Source: Podarcis tiliguerta
Taxonomy: Eukaryota
Reading direction: 5' to 3' (one strand)
Assembly: GCA_965153285.1 (NCBI GenBank)
Contig: OZ229110.1
Length of the DNA stretch: 64,000 nt
Both the position numbers and the translations under genes were made by a program. The notes under the pieces are model-generated. The model saw only the letters and a program-made list of their open reading frames with translations. It made no database searches and was not told the origin of the DNA. Positions 11,268 through 24,312 of this stretch are shown piece by piece. The first letter of the stretch is position 1, and every line of letters starts with the position of its first letter.

Positions 11268-11709
11268 CTGAAAAAAGAATATTGAGGGAATTAAGTGGTG
11301 GAGCAGAAAGGGACTACACTAAAACCAAACAACAACAACAACCCATGCCATAGATGAGGCCATTGACTAAATGCACAAAATACTACCCAGCTTATGTATC
11401 GGGGTCCTTTTGTTTGATTTAATTTTATACCCCCGCACAAGTCATGTATAAAATACAGGATACCATGGAACAACTAGCTCACGGTATTGAAGCAAATGCA
11501 TTTTGGATGGCAATACTATGAAATAATGCATGTGAATATGCAAGTCGTAGTGTGATATGCAGTCACGTGCCCAGGAAAAATAAGCAGTTTTGACCTGCTA
11601 ATTTATAGGTGAAGCTGCTCCTATTTACTGTAAGAGGGAGATATTGAATAGACTGATACCGGAATTTTGAGTTACTGTTTCATCACCTAAGCATTCAGTT
11701 TCACTGTAC

Positions 11710-11997
11710 CTTTGATTGTCACTTTTGACTTGCAAGAGTCAGTTCCAGCTGCATTCGAAGCTTTGCATATATACTCGCCAGAATCAGTCTTAGTAACTGC
11801 CTGGACTTCCAAAACAGCGGATCCATTAGCAAAGCTCAAGCTGCATTTATCAGACGATCTTAGCTCTTTCCCAGCTTTTAGCCACTGGATTCTGATGGGC
11901 TGCGATCCCTTGACATGGCAACTGAGCTGCAAGATTTTACCTTCTTCTATTGTTGCCGGTTTAAGAGGTTGATCAAATACTGGTGGTTTTTTGGGCT
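11710..11997 (-). CDS. TTN: Ig exon I79
   Basis: 288 nt, EPKKPPVFDQPLKP, donor gtacag. Confidence 0.93.
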
Positions 11998-13053
11998 CTG
12001 TAATGCCATTCGAAGGGACAAAATAATGAAGCAAGAGAAGAAAAGATGTTAAGTAATAATTTCTCTTCCATAACAAGATACAGATCTGGGTTTGAATAAG
12101 ATTATGCAGCGGATGCTGATGAATCCATTCCATTTTCCCAGTACAGTATTTATATGGTAGAAGTAGTACAAAAAGAATGGAGGTGTGAAGTATGCATACG
12201 TTAAGGTAGCACATAAAGCTGTTATTTTGCAAAGAGAAAGGAATATGAAAGCATTGAATTAGCTGCAAAATATGCATTATCGCCTTTTATGTTAACAGCC
12301 CAAAATTTGATGATTTCACACCAAGCTACCAAAGATGTACAAGCCAGAAAGGTTGGAACAATATATTACACAATTGGTTGCAATCCTTCACCTTTGATAC
12401 CTTTAATGTGATATTGTTAAGGGGGAAAAACATTTCAAAGAGTCCTTACATGGATAGCAGTTCCATGTAAGAAAAAGCAGGCACTCAATATATTGCTTAT
12501 CTGATCAGACTCTCACAAATGCAGCTATATCTTCAAGTGTTGGGAAGCATTAAACACTTTCTAACTTTTGAAGCAGTCCTTAATGGATTTATTTGCAAAA
12601 CATTTTTTTAATGGATGAAATTTTTATGCACTGTTAACAGTGAGTATGAGCACTAATTATTTATATTAAAAAGTGATGAAAAGATAAGATAACTTATCCA
12701 GAAGGCTTAGCATTTACAGAAAAACATCTGGAAGATGTCTTTTTCAAACTATTTTTGCCTCTTCAAGCATGCATAAAGTGGCATTATTAAAGAGTTTAGT
12801 AAGCAGCAGAACATTTTAATAAGAGAAATGTCAAGTAATGAACAGCTTCAGAAGAATTGCCTACTATTTTCCTAATCTTACAGTTTAACTCCTGCAAGTC
12901 CTATGAATAAATAAGGTGGGACTGGATTTTATCACCCAATGTAGAAAAGTAATTGCAATTAATGAGTATTATAGCGCAATTAGACAATCAGAAAACACCA
13001 AAAGCTTATGAGCTTAAGAAGAAAAATAAATACCATAGAGGCTGTCAACTGAC

Positions 13054-13344
13054 CTTTAATAACCACAGAAGAAGTACAGAGAGCACTCCCAGCCTCATTG
13101 GACACTTTGCAGGTATATAAACCTGCATCAGCTTGTCCTGAATTCTTAATTTCAAGGAGAAGAGTGTTGTTCTTGAATGATATTTCGCAATTAGGGCTTT
13201 CATAAATCTCCTGGTTATTCTTGTACCAGGCAACAGTCAAAGGCTGGGAGCCAGAAACACGGCCCTCAAGTTTAAATGTGTTCCCTTCTGTCTCTTCTAC
13301 AGTTTCTGACAGCTTTTTGGTGAAGGAAGGTGGAGTCTGTCGTT
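13054..13344 (-). CDS. TTN: Ig exon I78
   Basis: 291 nt, ERQTPPSFTKKLSETVEETEG, donor gtcagt. Confidence 0.93.
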
Positions 13345-13454
13345 CTGTCAGAAAGGAAGAAAAATCTTTGTCACCCTCCGAACAACTGTCTTCTATTCTC
13401 CTGGATATCCCCGTTTACTGTCAGTGGCTCACATCCAGCAGAACAAACTTGCAC

Positions 13455-13650
13455 TTGCATGATGAGACTTCCCATTCTTCTCGGTTTCCCCCGAAGACCA
13501 AGTGCTCCCACAAATCTGCTCCAGAGGATTGAGTGCCCCCCAAGAACATATTTGTGGGAGTTCATGGGACTGCATGGAGAAGGAGAGGAAGGGGAAGTCC
13601 CAATGGACAAATGGAAATCCGCTCACATGCCACGGACTACCACCCAAACA
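13455..13650. repeat. Palindromic interspersed repeat (MITE-like); relatives near 545-625, 3590-3700, 5090-5260, 6650-6760, 20200-20330, 50110-50200
   Basis: Inverted arms CTCCCACAAAT (13505-13515) / ATTTGTGGGAG (13550-13560); shared core aaatctgctccagagg.tt. Confidence 0.55.
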
Positions 13651-14006
13651 CTCTTCAATGCGTATTTTCAGTTTCCTCCAGTATGTCTTGTCAAAATACA
13701 GATGTTGTGATGTTTTCCAAAGCATCACTTTGTCATTGTAGCTTGAACTCTGAGACCTCCTAGGCGAGTGGAAGGCACTCATACGAAGGGTCTCCATAGT
13801 TTGTTGATTCCAATGCCAGGTACAGCCACCTCCTGCAGTGCATAACACACTATTACAGGTCATCCTCTGAAATTCAAATGTGACTTTTTGGAAGATGCGG
13901 GGAGAAGTAAACAAAACCCTTCCCACATGTGAAAATCTGCTCACTGTTCATTAGAGAGAAGCCAATATGATATAATGGAAGCTGGTACAGATTAAGCACC
14001 CAGTAC

Positions 14007-14294
14007 CTTTAATATTAAGTTGAGCTGTGCAAGAGTCCTTTCCAACTTCGTTGCTAGCATGACACGTATATTTTCCAGAATCCCCTTTGCCAACTTTCAG
14101 AATTGTCAAATGGGCTATATTTTCCACATAGCTGATCTGGTAGTTCCCTCCAGTTCGCAGTTCTCGGTTATCCTTTGACCAAGTAACCTTTATTGGGCGT
14201 GTTCCAGAAATGTGGCATTCAAAGTCAGCACCATCACCAGCAACGGCGTCAACAGGTGCAATTGGGATGTCAAAGAACGGAGGAGTCTTCCCTT
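14007..14294 (-). CDS. TTN: Ig exon I77
   Basis: 288 nt, EGKTPPFFDIPIAP, donor gtactg. Confidence 0.93.
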
Positions 14295-14493
14295 CTAAAG
14301 ATTGGAAGAAGTAAAAATAAGGTGTAACTTTGCACATGTTAATCCAGACGAGTTACGTTGTTAAGAAAGAAACACATGGTAAATGCAGGAAGAGGCCCAA
14401 GTCACAGCATATTCATCATTTAGGATAGGCACGTAAGTGGGGAAACATCCCATTGATGACATCAAAGAAAAGTACATTTGACACTTGACAAAC

Positions 14494-14781
14494 CTGTAAG
14501 GATGAGTTTGGCACTAGAAGAAGCAGTTCCAATAGCATTGGAAGCTGTGCAAGTATATTGTCCGGCAAGACTCATGTCAGTTTGTGAGATCTGCAGAGTT
14601 GCAACGTTGTTTAAGTATGACGTTTGCACATTATAGCCATCTCTTATTTGTGCGCCATCTTTATACCAGGTTACTTCAATGGGTTCGGAACCAGTAATGC
14701 CACAATCAAATGTAATTGGTAATCCAACAGTTTCGTGAATATCTCTTAATTTCCGGGAAAATGAAGGAGGAAGTTTAAGCT
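14494..14781 (-). CDS. TTN: Ig exon I76
   Basis: 288 nt, [14 protein letters not shown], donor gtttgt. Confidence 0.93.
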
Positions 14782-15755
14782 CTGCAAGGGAACAAATATT
14801 GTACATTGGAGTGTTGTTGACTGAATGTTTCAGTTGTTGTACTATATTTCCACTGCTTAAGATTTTTTCTTAGAGATAAATAGTATGAACATTTGTAGCA
14901 ACATATGTTCCCAATCTAGCTAAAGGCAGTGATGACTAAATCCCAGTGATGACTAAATAAGTAAGAATTAGCTTAATTGGCTGCTAAAGTTGAATGGGAG
15001 TCATTGTCTTTTTTTCAAACATTACTGATAAATAGTGAACGGCATAGAAGATGGAATTCATTTTTAAAGATTAGCCGATGTTTGATTATTCACTATTAGC
15101 AAGAACAGAAAGATTGAATCCTGTGGGCAGGAACAAAGTTACGTCATAGAGAAGTTCTAGTCAGGTCCATGACACAGATGGTTCTATAGTGAAGCATCAT
15201 AACTTGTTTATATTAAATCTATGGAAATTTGCTGTTAAGGAATAAAGAACAGGTAGAAACATGGGGATCTTTTGCAGATATATTCTGCACCATGCCATCG
15301 AGGCAATAATAGCGCAATAGTGATGGATTTAAACTGTCCACACATTATTCCATATTATTACCTGCCATGCCATGCTTCTCCAGTGTGTTACCCCCTCATT
15401 AATAACCTAGGAAGACACTCTTGCACCACAGCACTGCAAAAGTGGGACAAAACCCCCTACGCTACATGAAACGTGTGGCATGAAAAGTTACAGGATTTTA
15501 GCAGGACCCATGGGATGTGCATGGATTGGAAAGAAGCAGCATGTCCACTGTCAAAACTTTGTAGGCACAAGCAGTTTTGAAAGCCAGATCACTGCTGCAA
15601 CACCATCATGAGCACACACCACCATGAAGGCACAAGAATAAGGAAGTCCGGGGTCACGGCATAGAATACATTTCCTGTTCTGACGCACGGGCACATTTCA
15701 AAAGAGCAATAAATCATTGTCTCTGGGGCTTTCAAAAGCATATTGCCATATTCAC

Positions 15756-16034
15756 CTTGAACAGTCAGTAGTGCTGAACAGGAAGCTTCTCCAATACTAT
15801 TTTCTGCTTTGCAAATATACTCCCCACCATCGTTGCTACCCAGCTGAGTGAACACCAGCGTGGCAACTTGGTTTTTAAAGTGCATTTTAGAGGTAGCAGT
15901 TGCTCTCAGTTTGGTGTCTCCTTTGTACCACGACACAGTGATTTCTGGTGTGCCCGCAATTTGGCACTGCAGTGATGCAGAATCCCCTACTGTCACCTGA
16001 GTAGGTTCCAGGCTTCTGACAAAATAAGGTGGTT
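15756..16034 (-). CDS. TTN: Ig exon I75
   Basis: 279 nt, [14 protein letters not shown], donor gtgaat. Confidence 0.93.
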
Positions 16035-16146
16035 CTAGAGAAGAAGCACACAGACTCAGTTACAAAACCAGCCAGACCCTTCCACGTGTCACAACAACCA
16101 TAAAGTTAATGAAAAAGGGCGGTCACTTTTAAAACAATCTACAAAC

Positions 16147-16425
16147 CTAGTATTGAGACCGTAGACTGTGAATTATCTTGTCCCGAGTCATTTTCTATAT
16201 GGCAAGAATACAGCCCAGCATCGTCCAGCTTGCTACTAGAGATCTCAAGTATGGCAGATGTTTCAGTAGTGGTGATGCTGTATTTTTCTGACTGTGATAT
16301 ATTTATAGCATTTTTCCTCCAGGACACTGCAATAGGAGGTGTCCCAGTGTATGTACATTCCAGGATTAACTGCTTTCCTTTCTCAACATTGAAGTCATTC
16401 AGTTTCTTCACAAATTTCGCTGGTT
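16147..16425 (-). CDS. TTN: Ig exon I74
   Basis: 279 nt, EPAKFVKKLNDFNV, donor gtttgt. Confidence 0.93.
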
Positions 16426-16523
16426 CTATCAGAAATAACATGAGAGCAAAAGTTTAAGATAATTGCCTGAGATTTGGGATTTTGATCCAGTGTAAACAAA
16501 GGAAGCCGAAACAAAGAACAAAC

Positions 16524-16802
16524 CTTTTACAAAGAGTTGGGTTGTGCAAGAGATTTTGCCAGCTTCGTTACTAACAATGCAAGTATAGTCTCCACTTTGG
16601 GCTGGGAGTACATCAAACAGCTCCAGTTCAGCCACTGATTCTTCCAGAGAGATGTTACATCTATGTCCTGGGGATAGTTCAACGCTACCCCTAAACCATT
16701 TCACATCAAGGGGAAGGCTTCCTTTAATGATACTTGTGAAAGTTATATTTGCCCCAGATAAAACTTGCAGAGGTTCTGGTTTCTTCACAAAAGATGGAGG
16801 TT
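16524..16802 (-). CDS. TTN: Ig exon I73
   Basis: 279 nt, EPPSFVKKPEPLQV, donor gtttgt. Confidence 0.93.
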
Positions 16803-16964
16803 CTAGACATACGTAACAAGAGGTTAATGAAACATAGTTATGGTTGAAAGGCAAGCAGCTGCATTTACAAAAGATATAAAGAATATAAGGAACATGTTTT
16901 TTTTTTTAAAAAAAACAACCCCTGATATCCTGTTCTTATTATCTACCTAAGTTTCAGTATTTAC

Positions 16965-17252
16965 CTCTGACAATGAAATATGCATCACATTCATCAGATC
17001 CAGCTACATTAGTTGCCGTGCAAATATAATTTCCAGCATCTGACTCTTGAACAGCATTCACTCTTAAAGAGCAAGTGTTATCTGTAAGAGTTGCTTGATA
17101 CTTTTCTCCACTAGTGATCTCTTCTCCATCATGGAACCAAAAAACAGAAATGGGAGGTGACCCAATTACTTTGCACTCAAGTACAGCAGATGAACCCAAG
17201 AGCCCATGTGTTTCCTTCAGCTTCTTTGTGAATGAAGGTGGTATAATGCGAT
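16965..17252 (-). CDS. TTN: Ig exon I72
   Basis: 288 nt, DRIIPPSFTKKLKE, donor gtaaat. Confidence 0.93.
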
Positions 17253-17439
17253 CTGTGGAGCACAAAGCAAAGATAGAAACATTATGGCATGTTAAGTTTA
17301 GTTAAAAAAAGTAATAGGTTCCCAAGGGCTTAACAATAATTAAACTATTTATTGGCATAAGAAGTTTGAGATGGATCTTGAAAGCAGGCATATGCACTCT
17401 CTTCATTTTAGAGGCATGTCCATGGCTTCTCCTTGTCTC

Positions 17440-17675
17440 CACATATTGTGGGTCCAATTATGTGGAACTCTCTCCTAGCCAACATTAGAGCTGCCCACTC
17501 TCTGTTCAACATCAGGTGCTTTTTGAAGACCTTCTTATTTCAGTAGGCATTTTAAGGAAGCTTTCCATCTTTAATCATTCACTTAAATTTATTTTATCCG
17601 CTGTCTGGTTTGATCGTACAGCACTTGGACATTTCAGTGGTTAAGCAGTATAGGAAATCACTGAATTAGATAAGT
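17440..17675 (+). mobile_element. L2-like LINE 3' fragment
   Basis: tggaactctctcc...tgaagaccttcttatttcagtaggcattt, shared with 25455-25807. Confidence 0.5.
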
Positions 17676-17722
17676 CCATATATCAAGATGCAGATGGGAT
17701 ATTCTCAAGTCATTCAACTAAC

Positions 17723-18001
17723 CTGAAACTTGGACTGATGCTTTGCAACTGCTTTGGCCTACATTGTTTTTCACCTCAAACGTATATTCTCCACTGTCCT
17801 CTACTCCTGTATTCAGAATCTTAAGCCCAGCTACTTTGTTGAAGAAAGTGATTTTGTATTTGTGGTCAGAAGAGAGCTCGTGTCCGTTCTTGAACCATCG
17901 AGCAGTCAGCTCTGGTGTCCCAGCTACTGTACACTCCAAAGTACAAGAATCTCCAGTTGTGACTTTCATTGGTCCTGGTTTCTCCACTATAGATGCTGGC
18001 T
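17723..18001 (-). CDS. TTN: Ig exon I71
   Basis: 279 nt, EPASIVEKPGPMKV, donor gttagt. Confidence 0.93.
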
Positions 18002-18110
18002 CTGGAATAAGATGCAAAACGAGTCACATTTGTAAATAAGATGTTAATATGTTAAAATATTTATTCTTCCGTATGCTTTTGTGTTGTTGTTGTTTTTACT
18101 CTATACCAAC

Positions 18111-18392
18111 CTAGAACTGATAAAGTAGCAAAACACTCCTGACTTCCAGCATCGTTTTTAATCTGGCAGGTATATTTCCCAGTGTTGCTTGGCTCTGCAT
18201 TTACAACCTGAAGGATGGCAACTTTATCGGAATATGACATCCAGACATTTTCACTTTCTCTGATGATTTCACCTTTGTCTTTCATCCAAACAACAGAAAT
18301 TGGCTCAGAACCTTCTACCGTAGCTTGCAGTTCTGCTGGATCCCCAACAACGGCAGTGGTATCATTAAGTTTCTTCACAAACCTTGGGGGTC
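18111..18392 (-). CDS. TTN: Ig exon I70
   Basis: 282 nt, GPPRFVKKLNDTTA, donor gttggt. Confidence 0.93.
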
Positions 18393-18495
18393 CTGATCAA
18401 GAGGTGGAAAATATGTAAGTGATGGAAAAGAGAGTAAGATTTTAAAAACCTGGAGGGGCCGGGGAAAACATGGCAATGGAAAGTCTTTTACCAAC

Positions 18496-18774
18496 CTTTC
18501 AGCATCACAGAACAGATGCAAGTGTCACTTCCTACATCGTTGACAGCTTTACAGTTATATTCACCAATGTCTGCCGTGTCAACGTTGAGAATGTGAATGC
18601 TAGCAAGGTAATTCTCAGACAAAATCTTGTACTTTTTGCTGCTTCTTATTTCTCTTTTGTCTTTGTACCATGAAACATGGAAGGGAGGAGTGCCTTGAAG
18701 CTCACATTCAAGGTGAACATCGAAACCTTTCAGAGTCTCTACTGGCCGCGGTTTCTTGCGGAAAACAGGAGGAG
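18496..18774 (-). CDS. TTN: Ig exon I69
   Basis: 279 nt, APPVFRKKPRPVET, donor gttggt. Confidence 0.93.
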
Positions 18775-19035
18775 CTACAAAAGAGGAGGTTTGGATTTCT
18801 GTTAAATGCAAAGGAGCAACGTTTGAAAGAACAGAGAGCACACCATTAAGAATGAAGGATTGCAAGGAAATGGGAGAGAAGAGACATGCAAAGGAAATTT
18901 CCCATCCCAAATAAAGGGGCCTACTAGTGGCCTTTAATGGAAACTGATATTGGCTTGCTTAGTAGAAGATGGCAAGCCCTTGCAACCTTCTACAACAGGA
19001 AGGGTAGAGAAAGCAAAGGAAGAGCAGGTTCTGAC

Positions 19036-19317
19036 CTTTCACTTTCAGTGAAGTACTGCTGTTTGCACTACCCGCTGCATTTTGGGCTTCGCAAGTGTAG
19101 TCTCCACTGTCTTCAACACTCAGACCGTGCATTTCAATGACTGCCACAGAATCGATGAACGACATGCTGAATTTGTCACTGGGATGAATTTGAGTTTCAC
19201 CCTTGTACCACACAATGTTAATTTCTGGAGAGCCACCTATTCTGCATTCAAATCTAGTCGAATCGTGCTCTTTCACAACCCTGGAGGAGTCTAACTTCTT
19301 AATAAACCTCGGTGGCT
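19036..19317 (-). CDS. TTN: Ig exon I68
   Basis: 282 nt, EPPRFIKKLDSSRV, donor gtcaga. Confidence 0.93.
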
Positions 19318-19699
19318 CTATTAAAAAACAACAACAAGGAAAGAAAACGAATACATAAAATTGCTTGTGTTAATTTTGCAAGATCTCAGGAATGTGTGTC
19401 ATCTATATTAGCTATCAAAGTGTACTGGCAAAGAGTTTACGGTCAATCTACAGCAGCAAACTGATCCCTTACAAGTCAAGCCATAGAGCACTCAAGAACA
19501 GTTCAAACCACATCTGCCTCAGAAGTATATTTCATGGTGGTGGTATGATAAAAAGACTGGAGAAGCACACATGGAAGCACAGGGGATTCTATCAGCCCCT
19601 CCTTGTAAAATTTAAATGATCTCCATTATATGCAACACTACACTAAGACACTAAGATAAATATAACCACAGATGATTAGGCCCTCAATGGATGGAAGTC

Positions 19700-19895
19700 A
19701 TTTTGGCTGTAGGCTACCTCCAGGATCAGATCAGAGGCAGCAAGCCTCCAAATAGAAATGGCTGGAGGGAAACTGTGGGAGAGAGCTATTGCCCTCATCT
19801 CCTGTTTATGGAATTCCCAGAGACATCTGATTGGCCACTGTGGGAAAGACGATGCTGGACTAGAGAACCTTTTGATCTGATCCAGCGGAACTCTT
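19700..19895 (+). mobile_element. CR1-like LINE 3' fragment
   Basis: catctgattggccactgtggga...gatgctggactaga...ctgatccagc, reverse-complement similar to 4464-4531. Confidence 0.55.
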
Positions 19896-20765
19896 GTGCA
19901 CATACCGTTGCAAATACTTTATCCAGAGTTAGTAACCCACACTGTGATCTATTTGCTTGAGCCTCCCTTCCAACTTTAAGAAGGAGGCTGTCAATATTGC
20001 TCACTACCCCAGCAACATTTTGCTCCTCTTCCATCCTTGCGTTCCTCCTAGAATGCATGGAGACAGCCAGGAATTGACATCTACCATCACTACTGCACTG
20101 TGCCAGGCTAGGGAAATGCAGGGTTGCAATCCAGTGGTGTCCCTCCACTGGACTGATTGAGTGGAAGATTCCATTGGAAGAATGAGAAGGAAATGTTTGC
20201 AATTTCCCCTCCCATCAGCAGCCCCAGGCACCCATCAAAAGTGTTCCAGAGGGTTGGGGGATCCTTTGAAACATAGTGAAAGGTGGTATGAGAGGTTGTG
20301 GACTGCGGGGAGGGAGAATTGCTTGACGTCACCTCCCTCCCTGTTCCACTGATGGAAGCCTCCAGTGGATCCAAGAGCCTTCTATCAATGGAGAGAGAAG
20401 ACTGGATACAACACTGTATTTTCTTATCGCACAAATAAACACCAAGTCTTTTTTCTTATTCTGGACCACAGATTTCCCAGCTTAATCGCACTTCAGTGGA
20501 AAACATGATACCACAACTCAAGTGTCACATATTAAAAGGAGAGTCTATGTTCAGTCTGTTTATGGCCTAATAAATTTCCACAGGCTGCTAATTTTAAACA
20601 GGCTTGTAAGCAATAAACGAAAACCCCAGTGTGGTATTAATATGCTCAAGAAAATAACTTCAAGAAGATTTTTATCAGCTGCTACTCTAGATACAGAATG
20701 CCACCCACTTGTGCCCATTTTAGCTGGAAGCTTCAAACATGTCTTTATTTTTACAAAATGGGGGG

Positions 20766-20798
20766 GAAGAAGAAGAAGAAGAAGAAGAAGAAGAAGAA
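20766..20798. repeat. (GAA)11 microsatellite, (UUC)n in the pre-mRNA
   Basis: Direct reading. Confidence 0.95.
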
Positions 20799-20823
20799 AT
20801 GACAGCACTTTCCATCAAATTAC

Positions 20824-21111
20824 CTTTGAAACTCAGCTGAGCGCCACAAGAATCCTTCCCAGCACTGTTGCTTGCATAACAAGTATACAGTCCACCATCA
20901 CCTTTGCCTACTTTAAGAATGGTCAGTGTGGCAGTGTTTTCTACCAGTGTAATCTTGTAATTGCCACCAGGGCGGATCTCACGGTTATCTTTTGCCCAGC
21001 TGACTTTCATTGGCACTGAACCTGTGACATGACACTTGAAAGAACCACTTTCCCCAAGAGCAACGTCAAGGGGCAAAGGCTTCACATCAAAGAATGGTGG
21101 TTTCAGGTGTT
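20824..21111 (-). CDS. TTN: Ig exon I67
   Basis: 288 nt, EHLKPPFFDVKPLP, donor gtaatt. Confidence 0.93.
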
Positions 21112-21274
21112 CTAAGGAAAAGAAAGAAAATCAAAAAGTGAAAAGGCATGGCAGGACGTATTGCCTCCCCTTCAAACAGCAAACTCTTAGTCTGTTGTTA
21201 CGGCCCTGTGACTTGTTCAGGTTCTTTAAAACTGAACCAGCATGCAACAACTTCGGATTTAGTTGTTTACAAAC

Positions 21275-21562
21275 CTGTGAGTAGGAGCTTGGCACTGGAA
21301 GAAGCAGTCCCAAGAGCATTGTGAGCTGTGCAAGTGTACTGGCCAGCATGAGCCATGGAGGTTTGCAAGATCTGAAGGGTCGCTATATTGCTTAAGAAGG
21401 TGGTTTGAATGTTGTCGTCATCTCTCAGCTGCACCCCATCCTTTGACCAAGACACTTCAAGCGGCTCAGAGCCAACAATGCGGCAGTCAAAGGCTATAGG
21501 AGAACCAAGAGTCTCCTGCACGTCTTTCAGTTTTCTCGTGAATGAAGGAGGAAGTTTAACAT
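21275..21562 (-). CDS. TTN: Ig exon I66
   Basis: 288 nt, [14 protein letters not shown], donor gtttgt. Confidence 0.93.
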
Positions 21563-22021
21563 CTGCAAAAAAATAAATTGCAGGGTATGATAACTGGCCA
21601 TGCAAGAAGACTAAAAAGAATACCTGGGCCAGTATGCCCTGCACATGTGGAGAATTCCAATAAAAATAAACAGAGCCATGTTCTCTGTTCCTAACCCCTC
21701 ATGCCCCCCACACCTATATGGGCACACACAGGGAGTAGGAGGTCTGTGTGTGCCTCCCATACCCTTCTCCAGCCATCCCTTTCAAACTCATGCAAGTTCA
21801 GTAATTTGCAGGGTTTGGGGAAAGGAAGGAAGGCTGCACGGAGACACAGGAAGAGCTCAGAGATATCTCAGTCTCCTTACAGCTCAGCCAAGCAGCTTGT
21901 GGGCATGCTGAGAGCCCCGTCACCATGCCTGTGATTCAAGTGGGTCACACATTTCAGCATATTACACACAAACATTGTGTGTAATATGACAATGGTCAAT
22001 TATTTTAAAAAGAGCCGTCAC

Positions 22022-22300
22022 CTTTGATGGTGATTGTTGTCATTGAAGTAGCAAACCCAACGCTGTTTTCTGCTTTGCAGACGTATTCGCCAATGTCAGC
22101 GTTCTCTACCCGGCTGAAAGCGAGGGAAGCCACATTGTTCTTGAAGTGCATTTTATAAGCCTGTGTAGATCTTAGTTTGGTATCTCCTTTGTACCATGAC
22201 ACTTTAATTTCCGGTGTTCCAGCCACTTGGCACTGTAAAGTTGCAGGCTCTCCGATGGTCACCTCCAAGTGATCCAAGTGCTTAACAAAATGAGGTGGTT
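22022..22300 (-). CDS. TTN: Ig exon I65
   Basis: 279 nt, [14 protein letters not shown], donor gtgacg. Confidence 0.93.
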
Positions 22301-22405
22301 CTGCAGCAGAAATAATCATAGTCAATACCCACAGTCAATCTAAGTGCACCAGAAGATGGCAATTAGTAGAAGAATGGTTAACCAACTATTAAGACAGCAA
22401 CACAC

Positions 22406-22684
22406 CTATGATTGATACCAGGGCGTGACATACATCCTCCCCAGCGTCATTTGCAACTTCACAGATATATTCTCCTTCATCTTCTGTAGAACTATTAAGA
22501 ATTTCCAGAATGCCTGATTTTTCTGTGGTGGTTATATTGCATTTTGGAGACTGTGTGATGTTTAAGCCGTTCTTCTTCCACATTACTGCGAGTGGAGGAG
22601 TTCCACTGAATGTGCTTTCTAGAATTATGGATTTCCCATGTTCTATGCTGAAATCGCTCAGCTTCTTCACAAACACAGCAGGCT
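22406..22684 (-). CDS. TTN: Ig exon I64
   Basis: 279 nt, EPAVFVKKLSDFSI, donor gtgtgt. Confidence 0.93.
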
Positions 22685-22823
22685 CTAAGATAAAGTCATA
22701 TGAAAGAAGTGGTTAAACCAAGAACTGCTATATGGGTGTCTCTCTATGTGTGTGTGTATATCACACAGACGTGCACGCACACTAAACATGTGTACATGCC
22801 ATAATAATAGCATTTGGACAAAC

Positions 22824-23102
22824 CTTTTACAAAAAGATGTGTGGTGCAAGAAGCACTGCCAGCATCGTTTGTGGCAAGGCAGGTGTAATCTCCGGTCTGG
22901 AGTGGTCCCACTTCGAACAATTCCAGCTCCGCAGATGAATCTGCCAAGGTGATGTTGCACGTTTTCCCTGGCACCAGTTCTCTACTCCCCTTAAACCAGT
23001 TCACTTTGAATGGAGGAGTTCCCCTAATCAGACTCCTGAACGTTACACTCATTCCAGGTAAAACCTCCAGCGGGTCTGGCGTCTTTGCAAAAGAGGGTGG
23101 TT
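22824..23102 (-). CDS. TTN: Ig exon I63
   Basis: 279 nt, EPPSFAKTPDPLEV, donor gtttgt. Confidence 0.93.
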
Positions 23103-23242
23103 CTAGAATTACACACAGCATTTAAAAGGTTAACGCAAATGTGCCCGGTAGCTAACATCTGTATAAAACAGGTTGTCAAGAAAGCAAGATAAACACACAC
23201 GGGAAAGATTTGCAACGGATGCCTTGTCTATCCTTTACTGAC

Positions 23243-23530
23243 CTTGCACTGTCAAAAAGGCACTGCATTCGTCAGAACCGGCTACATTCTGGGCAGCACA
23301 GGTGTAGGGACCTGTATCAGATGAGTCCAGAGCATTCACCTTCAAAGCACAGACATTATCTGAAAAGCCGGTTTCGTATTTGTCCCCTGGGAAAATTTCA
23401 TTTCCTCCATAAAACCAAGTGACTGAAATAGGAAGGGAGCCGGCAACTTTGCACTCCAAAACAACCGAGGAGCCCTGCACGCCAAAGGTTTCTTTCAATC
23501 TTCTTATAAAAGAAGGAGGGACGACGTGGT
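23243..23530 (-). CDS. TTN: Ig exon I62
   Basis: 288 nt, DHVVPPSFIRRLKE, donor gtcagt. Confidence 0.93.
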
Positions 23531-23623
23531 CTGGGTAGGAAAAGGGAACAAAGAGCCAACTTTTAAGAGGAGAAACGACAGAAGAGAAGGGCAAGTGAGA
23601 AATGAAAAAGATCCCAAGCTAAC

Positions 23624-23902
23624 CTGAAATGTCGACGGAGGAAGAGCAGCTGCTTTTCCCCACTTCATTGTGTACTTCAAAAGTGTACAATCCCCTGTCA
23701 TTCATGTCTGCGGAGAGAACTTTAAGTGTCGCCACCTTGTTGGAAAAGCTGATTTGGTGCTTGCGGCTGTTGGTGAGTTCTCTTCCGTCCTTAAACCACT
23801 TGGTAATTAGCTCTGGAGTGCCACCCACCGTGCACTCCAGAGTAAAAGCATTGCCAGAGGTCACCGTCATGGGCTCGGGCTTCTCTAAAATCACAGCCGG
23901 CT
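23624..23902 (-). CDS. TTN: Ig exon I61
   Basis: 279 nt, EPAVILEKPEPMTV, donor gttagc. Confidence 0.93.
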
Positions 23903-24030
23903 CTGGAATGAGGGAGACAATCCAGAAAACTTGAGTTTCAAGAAAACCAAGACTTAAGAAGCAAATTGGCTGCAATGGCCAAGGCAGCCAAGATTCAATT
24001 CTTTAGAAGGGGATGAGTGCCTGTACCAAC

Positions 24031-24312
24031 CTAGAACTTGTAAATGCCCTGCGCATTCTCTCATTCCAGCATCATTTTTAATCTGGCAGATGTACTTCCC
24101 GCTGTTGGTGGCTTCAGCACTTGCAATCTGAAGAGTTGCGATGTTATCCGAAAAGGAAATCTTGAGGTTTTCACTTTCCCGTATTATTTCGCCTTTGTCC
24201 TTAAGCCAAACGACAGAAATGGGTTGGGAGCCTTCTACTACGGCCCGCAGTGCTGTGGGTTCCCCGGCATAGGTGGAGGTTTCGCTCAGCTTCTTAACAA
24301 ACCGAGGAGGTT
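24031..24312 (-). CDS. TTN: Ig exon I60
   Basis: 282 nt, EPPRFVKKLSETST, donor gttggt. Confidence 0.93.

Noticed and set aside
20522-21019. Poly-Arg, poly-Leu and poly-Ser ORFs
   Set aside because: Translations of the (GAA)11 microsatellite in different frames.
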